This document shows, piece after piece, positions 53,488 to 62,971 of a stretch of 64,000 bases of DNA. Location of the stretch: the sequence record MN850610.1; one strand, 5' to 3'. Under the pieces are notes generated by a model. That model was not told the DNA's origin. It made no database searches and worked only from the letters and a program-made list of their open reading frames with translations. Numbering within the stretch: position 1 is the stretch's first letter; each line of letters opens with the position of its first letter. The position numbers were made by a program, and so were the translations under genes. Origin of the DNA: Escherichia phage Andreotti.

Positions 53488-53859
53488 TTATTTTTTGAGG
53501 GTTGCAACAGCAGAGAACGTTGGTTTGTTATCTGTCTGAGACTGACCACCGTTATCAGGAGTCTTCTTAGTGTCTGCTGCAAGTGCTTTCATCTCACCTG
53601 CTGAGTGAGTAAAGATGGTTTTACCGACCTCAATCATGCTCTTGATGGTTACGTCATCTGTGTTTAACCCGAACTCTGCAAGCTTAGCAGCGTCCCTTGT
53701 AACAATCGCCTCAAACAACTTTGCAGCAAACTCAGCAGAATTATCAATGGTTAGTTGAGCTTTTACGAGTGAACTTTTGTTACGTGAGCCTTTCGGTCTT
53801 CCAGATGGGTTTCCAGACTGGCCTTTTTTAAACTGGCCTTTGTTTGTTCTGTTTTTCAT
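53488..53859 (-). CDS. hypothetical basic protein with N-terminal GNPSGRPKG motif (123 aa)
   Basis: N-terminus KKGQSGNPSGRPKGSRNK; Ala/Lys-rich. Confidence 0.5.
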   Translation of the reverse strand: MKNRTNKGQFKKGQSGNPSGRPKGSRNKSSLVKAQLTIDNSAEFAAKLFEAIVTRDAAKLAEFGLNTDDVTIKSMIEVGKTIFTHSAGEMKALAADTKKTPDNGGQSQTDNKPTFSAVATLKK

Positions 53860-53988
53860 TGGTATGCCTCTTATAAGACCTCTTAAAAGGCTTTTAAGAT
53901 AAAAGATAGATATCCAGAAAGATATCTGTTTAAATAGCCTTTTTAGAGGAACCTTTTAAGTTATCTTCTAAGTATTTATAAGCCTACA

Positions 53989-54010
53989 CCTTGTCAAGTA
54001 CTTTGTCAAC
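53989..54010. promoter_or_regulatory. conserved control element CCTTGTCAAGTACTTTGTCAAC in divergent intergenic region
   Basis: 20 of 22 nt identical to 11341-11362; lies between divergent operons. Confidence 0.4.
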
Positions 54011-54108
54011 AACTTTTTTAACTTGCAATAGTTCTTGACTTGTTGTATGGATTACTGTACCATCTTACTTAAAGCTGTAGGTCTGCCTTGTTCTACAAAG
54101 GAGACTTA

Positions 54109-54270
54109 ATGAGAAAATCAAATAAACCGAAGAAAGGTAAGAATACCAATCACTGTAAGGAATCAAAAAGGGTAGAGTTAATCTACTATTCATCCTCTGA
54201 AATTGGTCTGTACCTGTTCTTTCAAAATTACAGAAGACAAGAGGATTATCTATGTGTAGTTCCCAATTAG
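54109..54270 (+). CDS. hypothetical small basic protein (53 aa)
   Basis: track ORF 54088-54270 trimmed to ATG 54109 with AAAGGAGA RBS. Confidence 0.35.
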   Translation: MRKSNKPKKGKNTNHCKESKRVELIYYSSSEIGLYLFFQNYRRQEDYLCVVPN

Positions 54271-54485
54271 AAATCGCAGATATTATAGATTTATATCAAA
54301 CTGCAAAGAGTCATGGCTATATAACCTCAATTGGAAAGAATAGTCACTATGATGCTTTGACTGGAATGTATTTCAGGGCAATGGCTCAATCTAGTGAACA
54401 ACACTTAATGGTTTCTTCCAGTGAGTTTACTTCGTTTCTCTATTGCAGCAAAATTATAAATCGCAGGAGAACTGAAAAATGTTAA
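54252..54485 (+). CDS. hypothetical protein (77 aa)
   Basis: ORF track. Confidence 0.35.
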   Translation: MCSSQLEIADIIDLYQTAKSHGYITSIGKNSHYDALTGMYFRAMAQSSEQHLMVSSSEFTSFLYCSKIINRRRTEKC

Positions 54486-55069
54486 CAGTAAGTTTTAATT
54501 ACAATAGTGATGGCTCTGTATCAATTAATTCACCATATGCAAATGACCTACTTAAAGAGCTAGTCAATCAGTGTGATAGAGGTCTTCACTATGTTCAAAA
54601 TTCTTTTAAACAGAAGACTATTGCTAATAACTTGATGCGTGTAACAGTGACGGCATCGAATCCAAATTATGACTTTGATAGTGAAAGTCCGTACTCATTA
54701 GTTGCGCTTGGAGAGAGCAGCCAATTCAAACTTGTTTGCCACGACTCAGAAACATTCCTTAAGGTATTTTCAAACCTTATCCATAATAATAAGTACAGCT
54801 ACGTTGATGGTAGTGTAAACTTCTATCCAGCAAACTATACATGTTTGTTGGTTGACAATATGAGAAAAAGTAAGCAAGAACCTACAGAAATTTCATTTGA
54901 TGTGAACTCTAGTCCAGACGCAGAAACAAGTAAGAACTTTGATATGAGTTACGCATTGTCACTCAGTAAGAAATCCGAGTTCATTGATTATGTCAATGGA
55001 TTTGGTTTTAAGTTTGATGAGAGTATGAATCTTAAAAAACTTAAGAACCTACTTAAGACCAAAGCTTAA
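54479..55069 (+). CDS. hypothetical protein (196 aa)
   Basis: ORF track. Confidence 0.55.
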   Translation: MLTVSFNYNSDGSVSINSPYANDLLKELVNQCDRGLHYVQNSFKQKTIANNLMRVTVTASNPNYDFDSESPYSLVALGESSQFKLVCHDSETFLKVFSNLIHNNKYSYVDGSVNFYPANYTCLLVDNMRKSKQEPTEISFDVNSSPDAETSKNFDMSYALSLSKKSEFIDYVNGFGFKFDESMNLKKLKNLLKTKA

Positions 55070-55116
55070 GTGTGAATAGGGGCTGATGCCCCTTTAACTA
55101 TTTATAAGGATATTTA

Positions 55117-55488
55117 ATGAAAGCTAAGAGTGCAAAAGACTTTTATTACTTCCTACAATCCTATATCAATTCCGTGCAAAATGGTGAAAGGTACAACCTT
55201 AATGATGTTATCCCAACACCTTTGACATGGAGACTCAGCAAATGGCCTGAAGAAGATATTACACCAACAAGCGAACAGCGTACCTACAAACCTGAAATCA
55301 ATATTCCAGATTCTGAGAACCTATTATATCCAATGTTCCATATTGTTGGACTTGGAAGATTCCTTATGGATATCCAGTATGTAATTGGTAAAGGTTATAA
55401 GGTTAAAGGTATTGTTGTTGGTGATGTATCTCCGCATCACAAAGGTTATTTTAGACTAAACGCACATTTAGAGGCTAAAAAGAAATGA
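55117..55488 (+). CDS. hypothetical protein (123 aa), paralog of N-terminal domain of next gene
   Basis: shares pattern with N-terminus of 55485-56618 (F..F...I..V..G.RY..., YKP...P.S..LLY, FFMDLQY). Confidence 0.55.
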   Translation: MKAKSAKDFYYFLQSYINSVQNGERYNLNDVIPTPLTWRLSKWPEEDITPTSEQRTYKPEINIPDSENLLYPMFHIVGLGRFLMDIQYVIGKGYKVKGIVVGDVSPHHKGYFRLNAHLEAKKK

Positions 55489-56618
55489 TTAAAGCAAAGA
55501 CTTACCCAGACTTCAAAGAGTTTGTGAAGGGTTTCATTGCAAATGTAAAGGCTGGTAAGAGATATGATTTTAGAACATATCAAGAGGCTATTTTACCACT
55601 TACCTATAGTTCATATTGGCCTGAAGCTGATATTGCAGAAGCTGAGAAGTTTGACTACAAACCAGACTACAAAGTTCCATTTAGTGATGAATTGCTTTAC
55701 AGTGTTGGTGCACAGATGAGAACTGCTGATTTCTTCATGGATTTGCAGTATGCAATCATCAATGGTAAAGATGTTGACACAATTTACTGTGAATGGTTGG
55801 CAAGAGTTAAACCGTTCTCAATGTTGAATGCTAAGTTGAAGGATGCTATTAAGCCACCAGCAATTACTCAGCAACCAACAGGTCAAACAGTCAATGAGGG
55901 TGGCACACTTACTCTAAGCATTCTAGCAACTAACGCCACTGGATATCAGTGGAAGAAGGATGGTGAGGATATCCCTAGTGCCAATTCTGCAACTTACACA
56001 AAACAGTCAGTAGCACCTTCTGACGCTGGTTCATACACTTGTGTTGTATCTGGAGAGGGTGGAACAAGTGTTACCTCAGATGCAGCAACAGTGACTGTGA
56101 ACGCACTACCTGTGATTACCAAGCAACCTTCTAACCAGACTATTAATGAAGGTGGAAACATCAACTTAGCAGTTACTGCAACTGGTGCAACTGGTTACCA
56201 ATGGAAGAAAGATGGCTCTGACATTCCTTCAGCGACAAATGCTACCTATAGCAAGTCTGGTGCTCTGCCAGCAGATGCAGGTTCATACACTTGCGTTGTA
56301 ACAGGTGCAGGTGGTTCTGTCACTTCTAGCCCTGCAACGGTTATTGTTAACGCACTTCCGGTAATCACTCAACAGCCAACCAATCAAGAAATCACTGAAG
56401 GTGAGACTTTAATACTGAATGTTGTGGCAACAGGTGCAACAGGTTACCAGTGGAAGAAAGGTGAGGAAGACATCCTCGATGCAACTGCTGCAACTTACAC
56501 CAAAGAAGGTGCAACCACTGCTGATGCAGGAAGCTACACTTGTGTAGTTACTGGTGCAGGTGGCTCTGTAACATCTAATGCAGTAACAGTTACAGTTAAC
56601 CCAGCAGGGGAGGCATAA
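55485..56618 (+). CDS. protein with three tandem Ig-like repeats (377 aa)
   Basis: three about 80-aa repeats with conserved ATGYQWKKDG...ATYTK...ADAGSYTCVV pattern (Ig-like, Hoc-like); N-terminal domain paralogous to 55117-55488. Confidence 0.65.
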   Translation: MIKAKTYPDFKEFVKGFIANVKAGKRYDFRTYQEAILPLTYSSYWPEADIAEAEKFDYKPDYKVPFSDELLYSVGAQMRTADFFMDLQYAIINGKDVDTIYCEWLARVKPFSMLNAKLKDAIKPPAITQQPTGQTVNEGGTLTLSILATNATGYQWKKDGEDIPSANSATYTKQSVAPSDAGSYTCVVSGEGGTSVTSDAATVTVNALPVITKQPSNQTINEGGNINLAVTATGATGYQWKKDGSDIPSATNATYSKSGALPADAGSYTCVVTGAGGSVTSSPATVIVNALPVITQQPTNQEITEGETLILNVVATGATGYQWKKGEEDILDATAATYTKEGATTADAGSYTCVVTGAGGSVTSNAVTVTVNPAGEA

Positions 56619-57082
56619 TGCAACTCTCAAGAAAAGGTTTAGAAGCTATTAAGTTCTTTGAAGGTCTTAAGCTTGAGGCTTACGAAGATTCTGCTGGAAT
56701 CCCCACAATTGGGTATGGGACAATTCGTATTGGTGGGAAGCCTGTTAAGATGGGTATGAAGATTACCGCTGAACAAGCTGAACAGTATCTTCTCGCAGAT
56801 GTTGAAAAGTTCGTTGCAGCAGTGAACAAAGCTATCAAGATTCCAACTTCTCAGAACGAGTTTGATGCACTTGTAAGTGAAACATACAACATTGGTATCA
56901 CAGCTATGCAGGACTCTACATTTATCAAGCGCCACAACGCTGGTAATAAGGTAGGTTGTGCAGAAGCTATGCAGTGGTGGAACAAGGTTACAGTCAAAGG
57001 TCAGAAGGTCACTTCAAACGGCCTGAAAAACAGACGTAGAATGGAAGCTGACATTTATCTTGACAGTGTATACCCAAAGTAA
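56618..57082 (+). CDS. endolysin, lysozyme-like (GH24-type)
   Basis: N-terminal LEAIKFFEGLKLEAYEDSAGIPTIGYG resembles the catalytic Glu/Asp region of phage lysozymes; 154 aa; followed by terminator. Confidence 0.75.
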   Translation: MQLSRKGLEAIKFFEGLKLEAYEDSAGIPTIGYGTIRIGGKPVKMGMKITAEQAEQYLLADVEKFVAAVNKAIKIPTSQNEFDALVSETYNIGITAMQDSTFIKRHNAGNKVGCAEAMQWWNKVTVKGQKVTSNGLKNRRRMEADIYLDSVYPK

Positions 57083-57092
57083 TATCTTCATA

Positions 57093-57117
57093 GGCTCCTT
57101 CGGGAGCCTTTTTTTAT
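57093..57117 (+). terminator. rho-independent terminator
   Basis: AGGCTCC-TTCG-GGAGCCT hairpin followed by TTTTTTT. Confidence 0.65.
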
Positions 57118-57134
57118 TTTCTAAGGAGAAAACT

Positions 57135-57533
57135 ATGAAGCTTTGGGCTAGTGACTTTGGAACTTTTAAGTACACTCGTAACGGCTCGCTTGTACGTATC
57201 ATTGGAAGTAACGTTGTTACAGTTGGAGATAGGGTACATACAAGGTTTACTGTTGAGTTGGTTGAACTATCGCCTATTGAGTCTGCTAATAATGGTTTAT
57301 TCAAGTTTGAAACTTACCATGTAAATGAGCATGGACAGTTTAATACTCTAGGTGAAAGTGGTCTCGATATTATTTCAGAGAACCCATTGACAAGAGAGCA
57401 ACTTGCAGGTTACTATAAAACCATTCTTGAAAGAACTTTGGCGACACATGAGCATGAAGCCAGATATCACATTGAACGGTGTGAAGTTCTAAAAGCAAAA
57501 ATCGAACAAGCAGAGAGAGGTTTTTATGAATAA
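57135..57533 (+). CDS. hypothetical protein (132 aa)
   Basis: track ORF 57060-57533 trimmed to ATG 57135 with AAGGAG RBS. Confidence 0.55.
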   Translation: MKLWASDFGTFKYTRNGSLVRIIGSNVVTVGDRVHTRFTVELVELSPIESANNGLFKFETYHVNEHGQFNTLGESGLDIISENPLTREQLAGYYKTILERTLATHEHEARYHIERCEVLKAKIEQAERGFYE

Positions 57534-57924
57534 AGATGTTAGAGATATCCAAGTAAAGGTGGACACATTTGGTCATGATGGTCGAGAAGACATTGGTTTT
57601 GCCGACGCAGTAATATACAAGTGCAACGGAGATTTATTCCTTCAGTTTACAGGGTCTGGAAGCACACTTCATCGAGTACGAGATGATGAAGACGGTTGTC
57701 CTGTATTTGGTTGGTTTGATTTAGAGTTCCCTCTTTACGCAATCCACTATCCAGATGGTGGAGAAGACTGGACAACTCAATCAATCTTTGATGAGCTTAA
57801 CGGTGTTCCAGTTGAGCAAGAAGAGCAAGAGCCTGTTGAACTCACCTTCACTTTTATCAAAGAAGAGAAAGTGGGTGATTTGTCAGTAACTGAAGCAATT
57901 CAAGTCTCACAGGTTATTCGTTAA
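57526..57924 (+). CDS. hypothetical acidic protein (132 aa)
   Basis: ORF track. Confidence 0.5.
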   Translation: MNKDVRDIQVKVDTFGHDGREDIGFADAVIYKCNGDLFLQFTGSGSTLHRVRDDEDGCPVFGWFDLEFPLYAIHYPDGGEDWTTQSIFDELNGVPVEQEEQEPVELTFTFIKEEKVGDLSVTEAIQVSQVIR

Positions 57925-58217
57925 TGAGTAAAGTACAGGTTGTTTTCCCTATTTGTGACTTCTCACTAGAGCGTGAACTTGACCTGTACGAAGAAATTAC
58001 TGACGAAATCATCTGGTCTGTTGTAGAAGAGGCTATCAAGAAACTGTATGGTGGCCTCTTAAATCCATCAAGTAAAAAGCTCAACACTAAACAAGTAGCT
58101 GATACGTATACTTCATATGATGCCTACAACAAACCTTTTGAGAATACCTGCTTTGACCTTATGGTAGGTAATAATAAAGTCAACTACTTCTTCGTCAGAG
58201 AGTTTAACGATGAGTAA
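57924..58217 (+). CDS. hypothetical protein (97 aa)
   Basis: ORF track. Confidence 0.5.
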   Translation: MSKVQVVFPICDFSLERELDLYEEITDEIIWSVVEEAIKKLYGGLLNPSSKKLNTKQVADTYTSYDAYNKPFENTCFDLMVGNNKVNYFFVREFNDE

Positions 58218-58554
58218 GCTCCACGTCATAGTGTATAAAAACTTCTCAGACATCAAAGAGTCTTTAACCAATAAGCTTGATATGCAACGGAAAAGACTCT
58301 TTTTAATGTACGACATCGACAACTACAACCATCCTAAAGAGTTTAACTACAAAGATGGTACAAAGGTTGTTGAATTTGAAGATTCTGTAACGGTGTATGT
58401 CAAACATGACTTACCAGCAAAGTATATAGGGATGTTAGAGTACTATATATTCAAACACACAGGTATGCGTGGTGAATCTGTCAAGATATCTTCTATAGAA
58501 GTTTTTGAGAAACCTAACACACAACTTAAAAAGTATTTAATGAGGAAACTGTAA
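58210..58554 (+). CDS. hypothetical protein (114 aa)
   Basis: ORF track. Confidence 0.5.
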   Translation: MSKLHVIVYKNFSDIKESLTNKLDMQRKRLFLMYDIDNYNHPKEFNYKDGTKVVEFEDSVTVYVKHDLPAKYIGMLEYYIFKHTGMRGESVKISSIEVFEKPNTQLKKYLMRKL

Positions 58555-59135
58555 TGTCCGAAGAGCAACAGAATATCACTCCACAAGTAACACTGGTACA
58601 ACATTTTGGAAATATTGAAGGTTGTATTGCACTTTTTCAACCAAGTATCAACTCTCCTGCAAAAGTTTGCAAGTTGACTATGAATGTTAACAACATCAGT
58701 GTTTGCCTTGTTGAAGAAGTTCAATATTTCAAGTTCAATGACAGAGAGGTTGATGCTGCACTATTGAAGTATCGAGCAAACCTCGAAAAAGATATTGACC
58801 ACAAAGAACTTGTAACATTGTTTGGCGACCTTCACAAGCTTCTTGAAAAGGTTATGAAACGCACATACTACATGAACAATGGTTCAATTATCACCACTTT
58901 GATTTCACCATGTATTTCAGAGCCGATTTTAACTGATGACGGTGGGTACTACGTGGTAGCATCAGCAGACCCTGATTGGTGGATGAAGAACACAGCACTT
59001 AAGACGGTTATCGAGGCTATCCGTGAACATATCCCTTCATTCAGCCCGTGGAAAGGTAAAAGTGATGATTTTATCGCACTATTGAGTGAAGAGAGTAACA
59101 AGCGCAGTGCATTACTGCCTAAAAAATACTCTTGA
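58554..59135 (+). CDS. hypothetical protein (193 aa)
   Basis: ORF track. Confidence 0.55.
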   Translation: MSEEQQNITPQVTLVQHFGNIEGCIALFQPSINSPAKVCKLTMNVNNISVCLVEEVQYFKFNDREVDAALLKYRANLEKDIDHKELVTLFGDLHKLLEKVMKRTYYMNNGSIITTLISPCISEPILTDDGGYYVVASADPDWWMKNTALKTVIEAIREHIPSFSPWKGKSDDFIALLSEESNKRSALLPKKYS

Positions 59136-59218
59136 CCGAGTATACAAAACTGATTATGATGGGAGCTATCGAGAGGTAGTTCCCTTTTTAGTTTCTAGAT
59201 AAGAGACATGGTAAAAGA

Positions 59219-59437
59219 ATGAAAAAGTTAACTACAGTTGAAGATTACTACAAACTTTCCCTGTTAGAACAGTATCGTAGAAGCCAGAATATCAGAAAAT
59301 GCTATGGTAAGCACGCTGAAGGTGACTTTTACCGTTGCTATGATGCAGATTTAAAAGGCGTAACACCTAGAGGGAAAGTCCTGCAAAGACTTGTTGACCT
59401 TGAGTGGAACAAACGATTGAGAGGGGTTGGAAAATGA
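59219..59437 (+). CDS. hypothetical protein (72 aa)
   Basis: ORF track. Confidence 0.45.
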   Translation: MKKLTTVEDYYKLSLLEQYRRSQNIRKCYGKHAEGDFYRCYDADLKGVTPRGKVLQRLVDLEWNKRLRGVGK

Positions 59438-59937
59438 TTTACGAAGAAAGATACAAGATAGATTTTCAGGATACTTGCCATCATACTTCTTTAAGAGTGA
59501 CGAAACCAAATGGAGAGGTTGGTATCATAGCACATTTTGGTGGTGATTATTGGTATGGTACAGGTTGCTTTGAAGGCTACACTCAAGAATACCTGAAAGC
59601 TTTCTACAGAGACTTTGCAAATGACTACAACAGAGTTGTTGACGAAAAGAATAAGTGTATTAAGCATGAACACCATGCCAGAGGTTGCCTAAGTATTGTT
59701 ATGGTACTGGCGTTCTTCTTAGCAATGTTACTGGCAGTATCAGCAATTAGCTGCATAGCTCAAGATTTGACCATTACACAGATTACTGCAAAGATACACG
59801 ATATCTGGTACTTGTATGCTGTTCCTTTAGCTGGTATTATCATCTCACTAATAAGGTTCAGAGTTCATAAGAAACGACTTAAGGATTCTGAGGTTAAACT
59901 TGAAGAGGTAAGTAAAGAATGCAACCTACAATTATAG
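59404..59937 (+). CDS. hypothetical membrane protein (177 aa) with two C-terminal transmembrane helices
   Basis: hydrophobic segments LSIVMVLAFFLAMLLAVSAISCIA and YLYAVPLAGIIISLI. Confidence 0.5.
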   Translation: MEQTIERGWKMIYEERYKIDFQDTCHHTSLRVTKPNGEVGIIAHFGGDYWYGTGCFEGYTQEYLKAFYRDFANDYNRVVDEKNKCIKHEHHARGCLSIVMVLAFFLAMLLAVSAISCIAQDLTITQITAKIHDIWYLYAVPLAGIIISLIRFRVHKKRLKDSEVKLEEVSKECNLQL

Positions 59938-60013
59938 CTGTATGTGTTCGTTTTGCAATCGCTGAAATGATTAACAAGGCAATCTTAAAAGATGCCTATG
60001 GAGAGACTAAGTA

Positions 60014-60238
60014 ATGATTAAGACACCTGTACCAATTTTTGGATTTCCTTCTATAGAAGAGTTCAAAGTTTATCTTGACAAAAACTTCTACAACGAGCAG
60101 CCTGTTACTTTGCTGAAGAGTGACTTATCAGAGCTTCTTGATATGGTTATCAAGGCAACTTCTGAGAAGGGACCTGAGCAGAAAGCTGAGAAGAAGACTA
60201 GTAAGAAATCCGATAAGAAGACTGAAAAGTCTGAGTAA
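60014..60238 (+). CDS. hypothetical protein with lysine-rich C-terminal tail (74 aa)
   Basis: ORF track. Confidence 0.45.
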   Translation: MIKTPVPIFGFPSIEEFKVYLDKNFYNEQPVTLLKSDLSELLDMVIKATSEKGPEQKAEKKTSKKSDKKTEKSE

Positions 60239-60290
60239 TAACTTAGGGGTTACTTGATAGCCCCTTTGTAGAAACTTAGAAGGTAGCGAA

Positions 60291-60755
60291 ATGAAAATTA
60301 AAGAAGTCGTTCAAAAAGCAATGCTTGACAACTCAACTAAAGATGAAATGTACAAAGAGATTTGTGATAAGTTGAATTGTTCAAGACATGCTGCTAAGGC
60401 TCTTGTACATTGTTTTATCTGGGAATGCTCAGAGGCTTATATGCAATATGTAGCTTTTGAGAGTTCTCACTTGCTAGGTGATGTAGAAGCTGGTGATAAG
60501 CTAAAAGAGCCTGAGATGAAAACAGTCCCTAGAGTCGGTAATACATACCCTCTTAAAGATTTCAAGACTGGAAAGATTGTTGCAAAAGGTGTAGTAGAAT
60601 CTGTCTATCATGATGGTAAATACTTACTTAAAATATTTGAGTATGATAGCCGCTATACACACTTATGTGGTCTTACATTCTTAGTAACAGAAGAAGACCT
60701 CATTAAAAACAATGACAACAAGTTTGCAGTACCAGATTACCAAGTTTTACGATAA
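60291..60755 (+). CDS. hypothetical protein (154 aa)
   Basis: ORF track. Confidence 0.5.
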   Translation: MKIKEVVQKAMLDNSTKDEMYKEICDKLNCSRHAAKALVHCFIWECSEAYMQYVAFESSHLLGDVEAGDKLKEPEMKTVPRVGNTYPLKDFKTGKIVAKGVVESVYHDGKYLLKIFEYDSRYTHLCGLTFLVTEEDLIKNNDNKFAVPDYQVLR

Positions 60756-61317
60756 TGGTGTGATATCTATGGAAAAAGATAACTTAAAAGAAGTTGAAGG
60801 TAACTACCTAGTACTTGACTGGAGTGATGTTCGAGAAGCACTCTCCGAAGAAAATCTTGACTGGTTCGAACAAATTATCTTTGCAGTACGGCATAACAGA
60901 GAAGTTGAAAATGGTAAAGAGCCATTAGAAGGAATCTTTGTAGAGAAGTCTTATCCGTTCTATGAAGACACTTTACAGAAAGTTAAAATGTACTTTAAAC
61001 AGAAGAACCGTAAAGTGGTCACTATGGTATCTCTTGGTGGACAGAGTATGTCTATTATGGAAGATATCAACCCTAAGAGACCGAGTAAAGGCGTTTGTAT
61101 AAAAATCACAGGACATGAAGAGTATATCTCAGTTGATGACTTTAGTGCATTCTGTAATGGCTCTTGTGTCTTTAATGGTTTTCACTATGATATCCGAGTG
61201 TACCCAATCAAGGGAGATGATATCATGATGCAGGTATTTGATAACAACAATGGCTTTACTCATTTTTATCAGACAACCAAGTCATCACTAAAAACAGTTC
61301 TGGAAACACTGATTTAA
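60712..61317 (+). CDS. hypothetical protein (201 aa; start uncertain, alternative ATG at 60769)
   Basis: ORF track; last gene of plus operon, followed by terminator. Confidence 0.5.
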   Translation: MTTSLQYQITKFYDNGVISMEKDNLKEVEGNYLVLDWSDVREALSEENLDWFEQIIFAVRHNREVENGKEPLEGIFVEKSYPFYEDTLQKVKMYFKQKNRKVVTMVSLGGQSMSIMEDINPKRPSKGVCIKITGHEEYISVDDFSAFCNGSCVFNGFHYDIRVYPIKGDDIMMQVFDNNNGFTHFYQTTKSSLKTVLETLI

Positions 61318-61328
61318 AATATCTTAAG

Positions 61329-61356
61329 AGCCTCCTTAATTGGGGGCTTTTTATTT
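61329..61356 (+). terminator. rho-independent terminator ending plus-strand operon
   Basis: AGCCTCC-TTAATT-GGGGGCT hairpin followed by TTTTTATTTTTAT. Confidence 0.6.
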
Positions 61357-62904
61357 TTATAAAATTTTATCGGTTGTCCCAACCTCTGGGTCACCATCAT
61401 ATGTGAACAAAATATCTATCCTTCTTAACAACCCTCTTAATCTTACTCTCTATATAGTTATATAGTACTATATAGTATCTTAGTAACTATCTAGTGGTCT
61501 TAATAGCCCCTCTGTATAACCCTTCTAACAAGCCCTCTAACAAACCCTCTTAACAACCTATACAATCACCTTAACCATCCCTCTACACCTTCTTAGAAGC
61601 TCCTATACACCTCTTAATCTCTATGTCACATAGATGGCTCTCTATAGGTGTTCACTAGGTATTACTAAGCCTCTATATAGACTGTTTTAACAAACTTAAC
61701 AGGGATATCTTTACAGACCTTATCTCACAAGGTCTAACACGGTACTAACAAGGTATCTTATAAGCCTGTTATTACCTGTATTTTTAAAAGACTGTCTAGG
61801 TAATTATTCAGAATCTTAAAATTTTTATAAAATAGGACTATCAAGTCATTTTTTAGGGTCTTTGAAGGAACTGAAAAATATCTGTCTAGGATGTATATCT
61901 GCTTGGTAACCCTTAACAGCTCCCTTACAAGTACTTTGCAAAATTTTAAAATATCCTTAACAATCTCTTAACAATTCTCTCAAGCTCTTAACATCTCTTC
62001 AGAGGTCTTAACAGATTCTTAACAGAACTAACAAGGCTGTAACAAATTCTTAACAGTCGATACATGGTCTTTATAGTTTCTTAACAGATGACTAACAAGA
62101 GCTAACAAGTTAATTTTAAAGAGTTATTTTGTTAAGATAATTAACAAGTTCCTAACAAGTGTTTAATCTTTTTAACAAGCTATTAACATGGTCACTACTC
62201 TTTTCTTATCATTCCCTTTCCTTTCTTAATTGGTATTGTTACCAATCCCTAGTGATTCCTTAAACATGCCTCTTAAAAGCTCTCTATAGCCCCTTATAAG
62301 TTCTTTTAAGCCTCTTCCTAGTATTTACCCCTCAACTGTATGGATAGCTCTTTATAGGGCTTTTCAGGGGCTTTTAAGGCTATGCCAAAGGTTCTTACAA
62401 GGCTTTTACGTGGTCTTAACAGAGATTTAACAAGGGGCTAACAAGTTGCTAACAAGTGCCTTAAAAGCATAACTATGTAGGGATTGTTAAGAAATTGTTA
62501 AGAAAATGTTAAGGGGGCTAGCATTTACGTAACTTTTAAGCTACTTCAAAGTAACTTTAAAGCCCCTATAACATACTTTTAAGACACTAACAAGCCCTTT
62601 TTAGTTATTCACAAGATAGCTAACGAGATAATAAAGCTTATACCCTTATAAGATTCTTTTAAGGCTCTGGGAAGCTTTATAAAGGGCTTTTAAGGGTGAG
62701 GTAATGCAATCCCTTAAGTTAGGTTGATAAGGCTGTTATAGGGCGTTATAGAGCGTTTAAGGGGTTGCCCTTCCCTCTCGGGTTATGGGCTTATATTTAA
62801 GTTGATTTGATAAAAGGCTATAGAGTAGACTATAGAGTTATTGCTTTTTAAGGTCTGATAAGATTCTGGAAAGGAAAGGGAAAGGGATTGTATAAGGATT
62901 TGAT
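61357..62904. repeat. ORF-free iteron field: dozens of copies of CTAACAAG / CTTAACAG / TTAACAA and TATAGAG-type motifs
   Basis: no ORF of 60 aa or more in any frame across about 1.55 kb; runs with 10-11 bp phasing (TAACA starts at 62009, 62020, 62030, 62041, 62051, 62082, 62093, 62103); lies between convergent terminators. Confidence 0.8.
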
Positions 62905-62908
62905 AGAC

Positions 62909-62933
62909 GTAAAAAAGCCCCATTTAAGGGGCT
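62909..62933 (-). terminator. rho-independent terminator for minus-strand genes 62972-63830
   Basis: AGCCCC-ATTTAA-GGGGCT hairpin preceded on plus strand by GTAAAAA (U-run after hairpin on minus transcript). Confidence 0.55.
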
Positions 62934-62971
62934 GTAAAGGTATCTGGGGCTATTTAGCCCCGTTGCGGCGT

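Noticed and set aside
61357-62904. Possible CRISPR array in the repeat-dense non-coding region
   Set aside because: Repeats are only 7-9 bp, degenerate and spaced about 10-11 bp apart, with no 25-40 bp direct repeats or regular spacers; better described as an iteron field.
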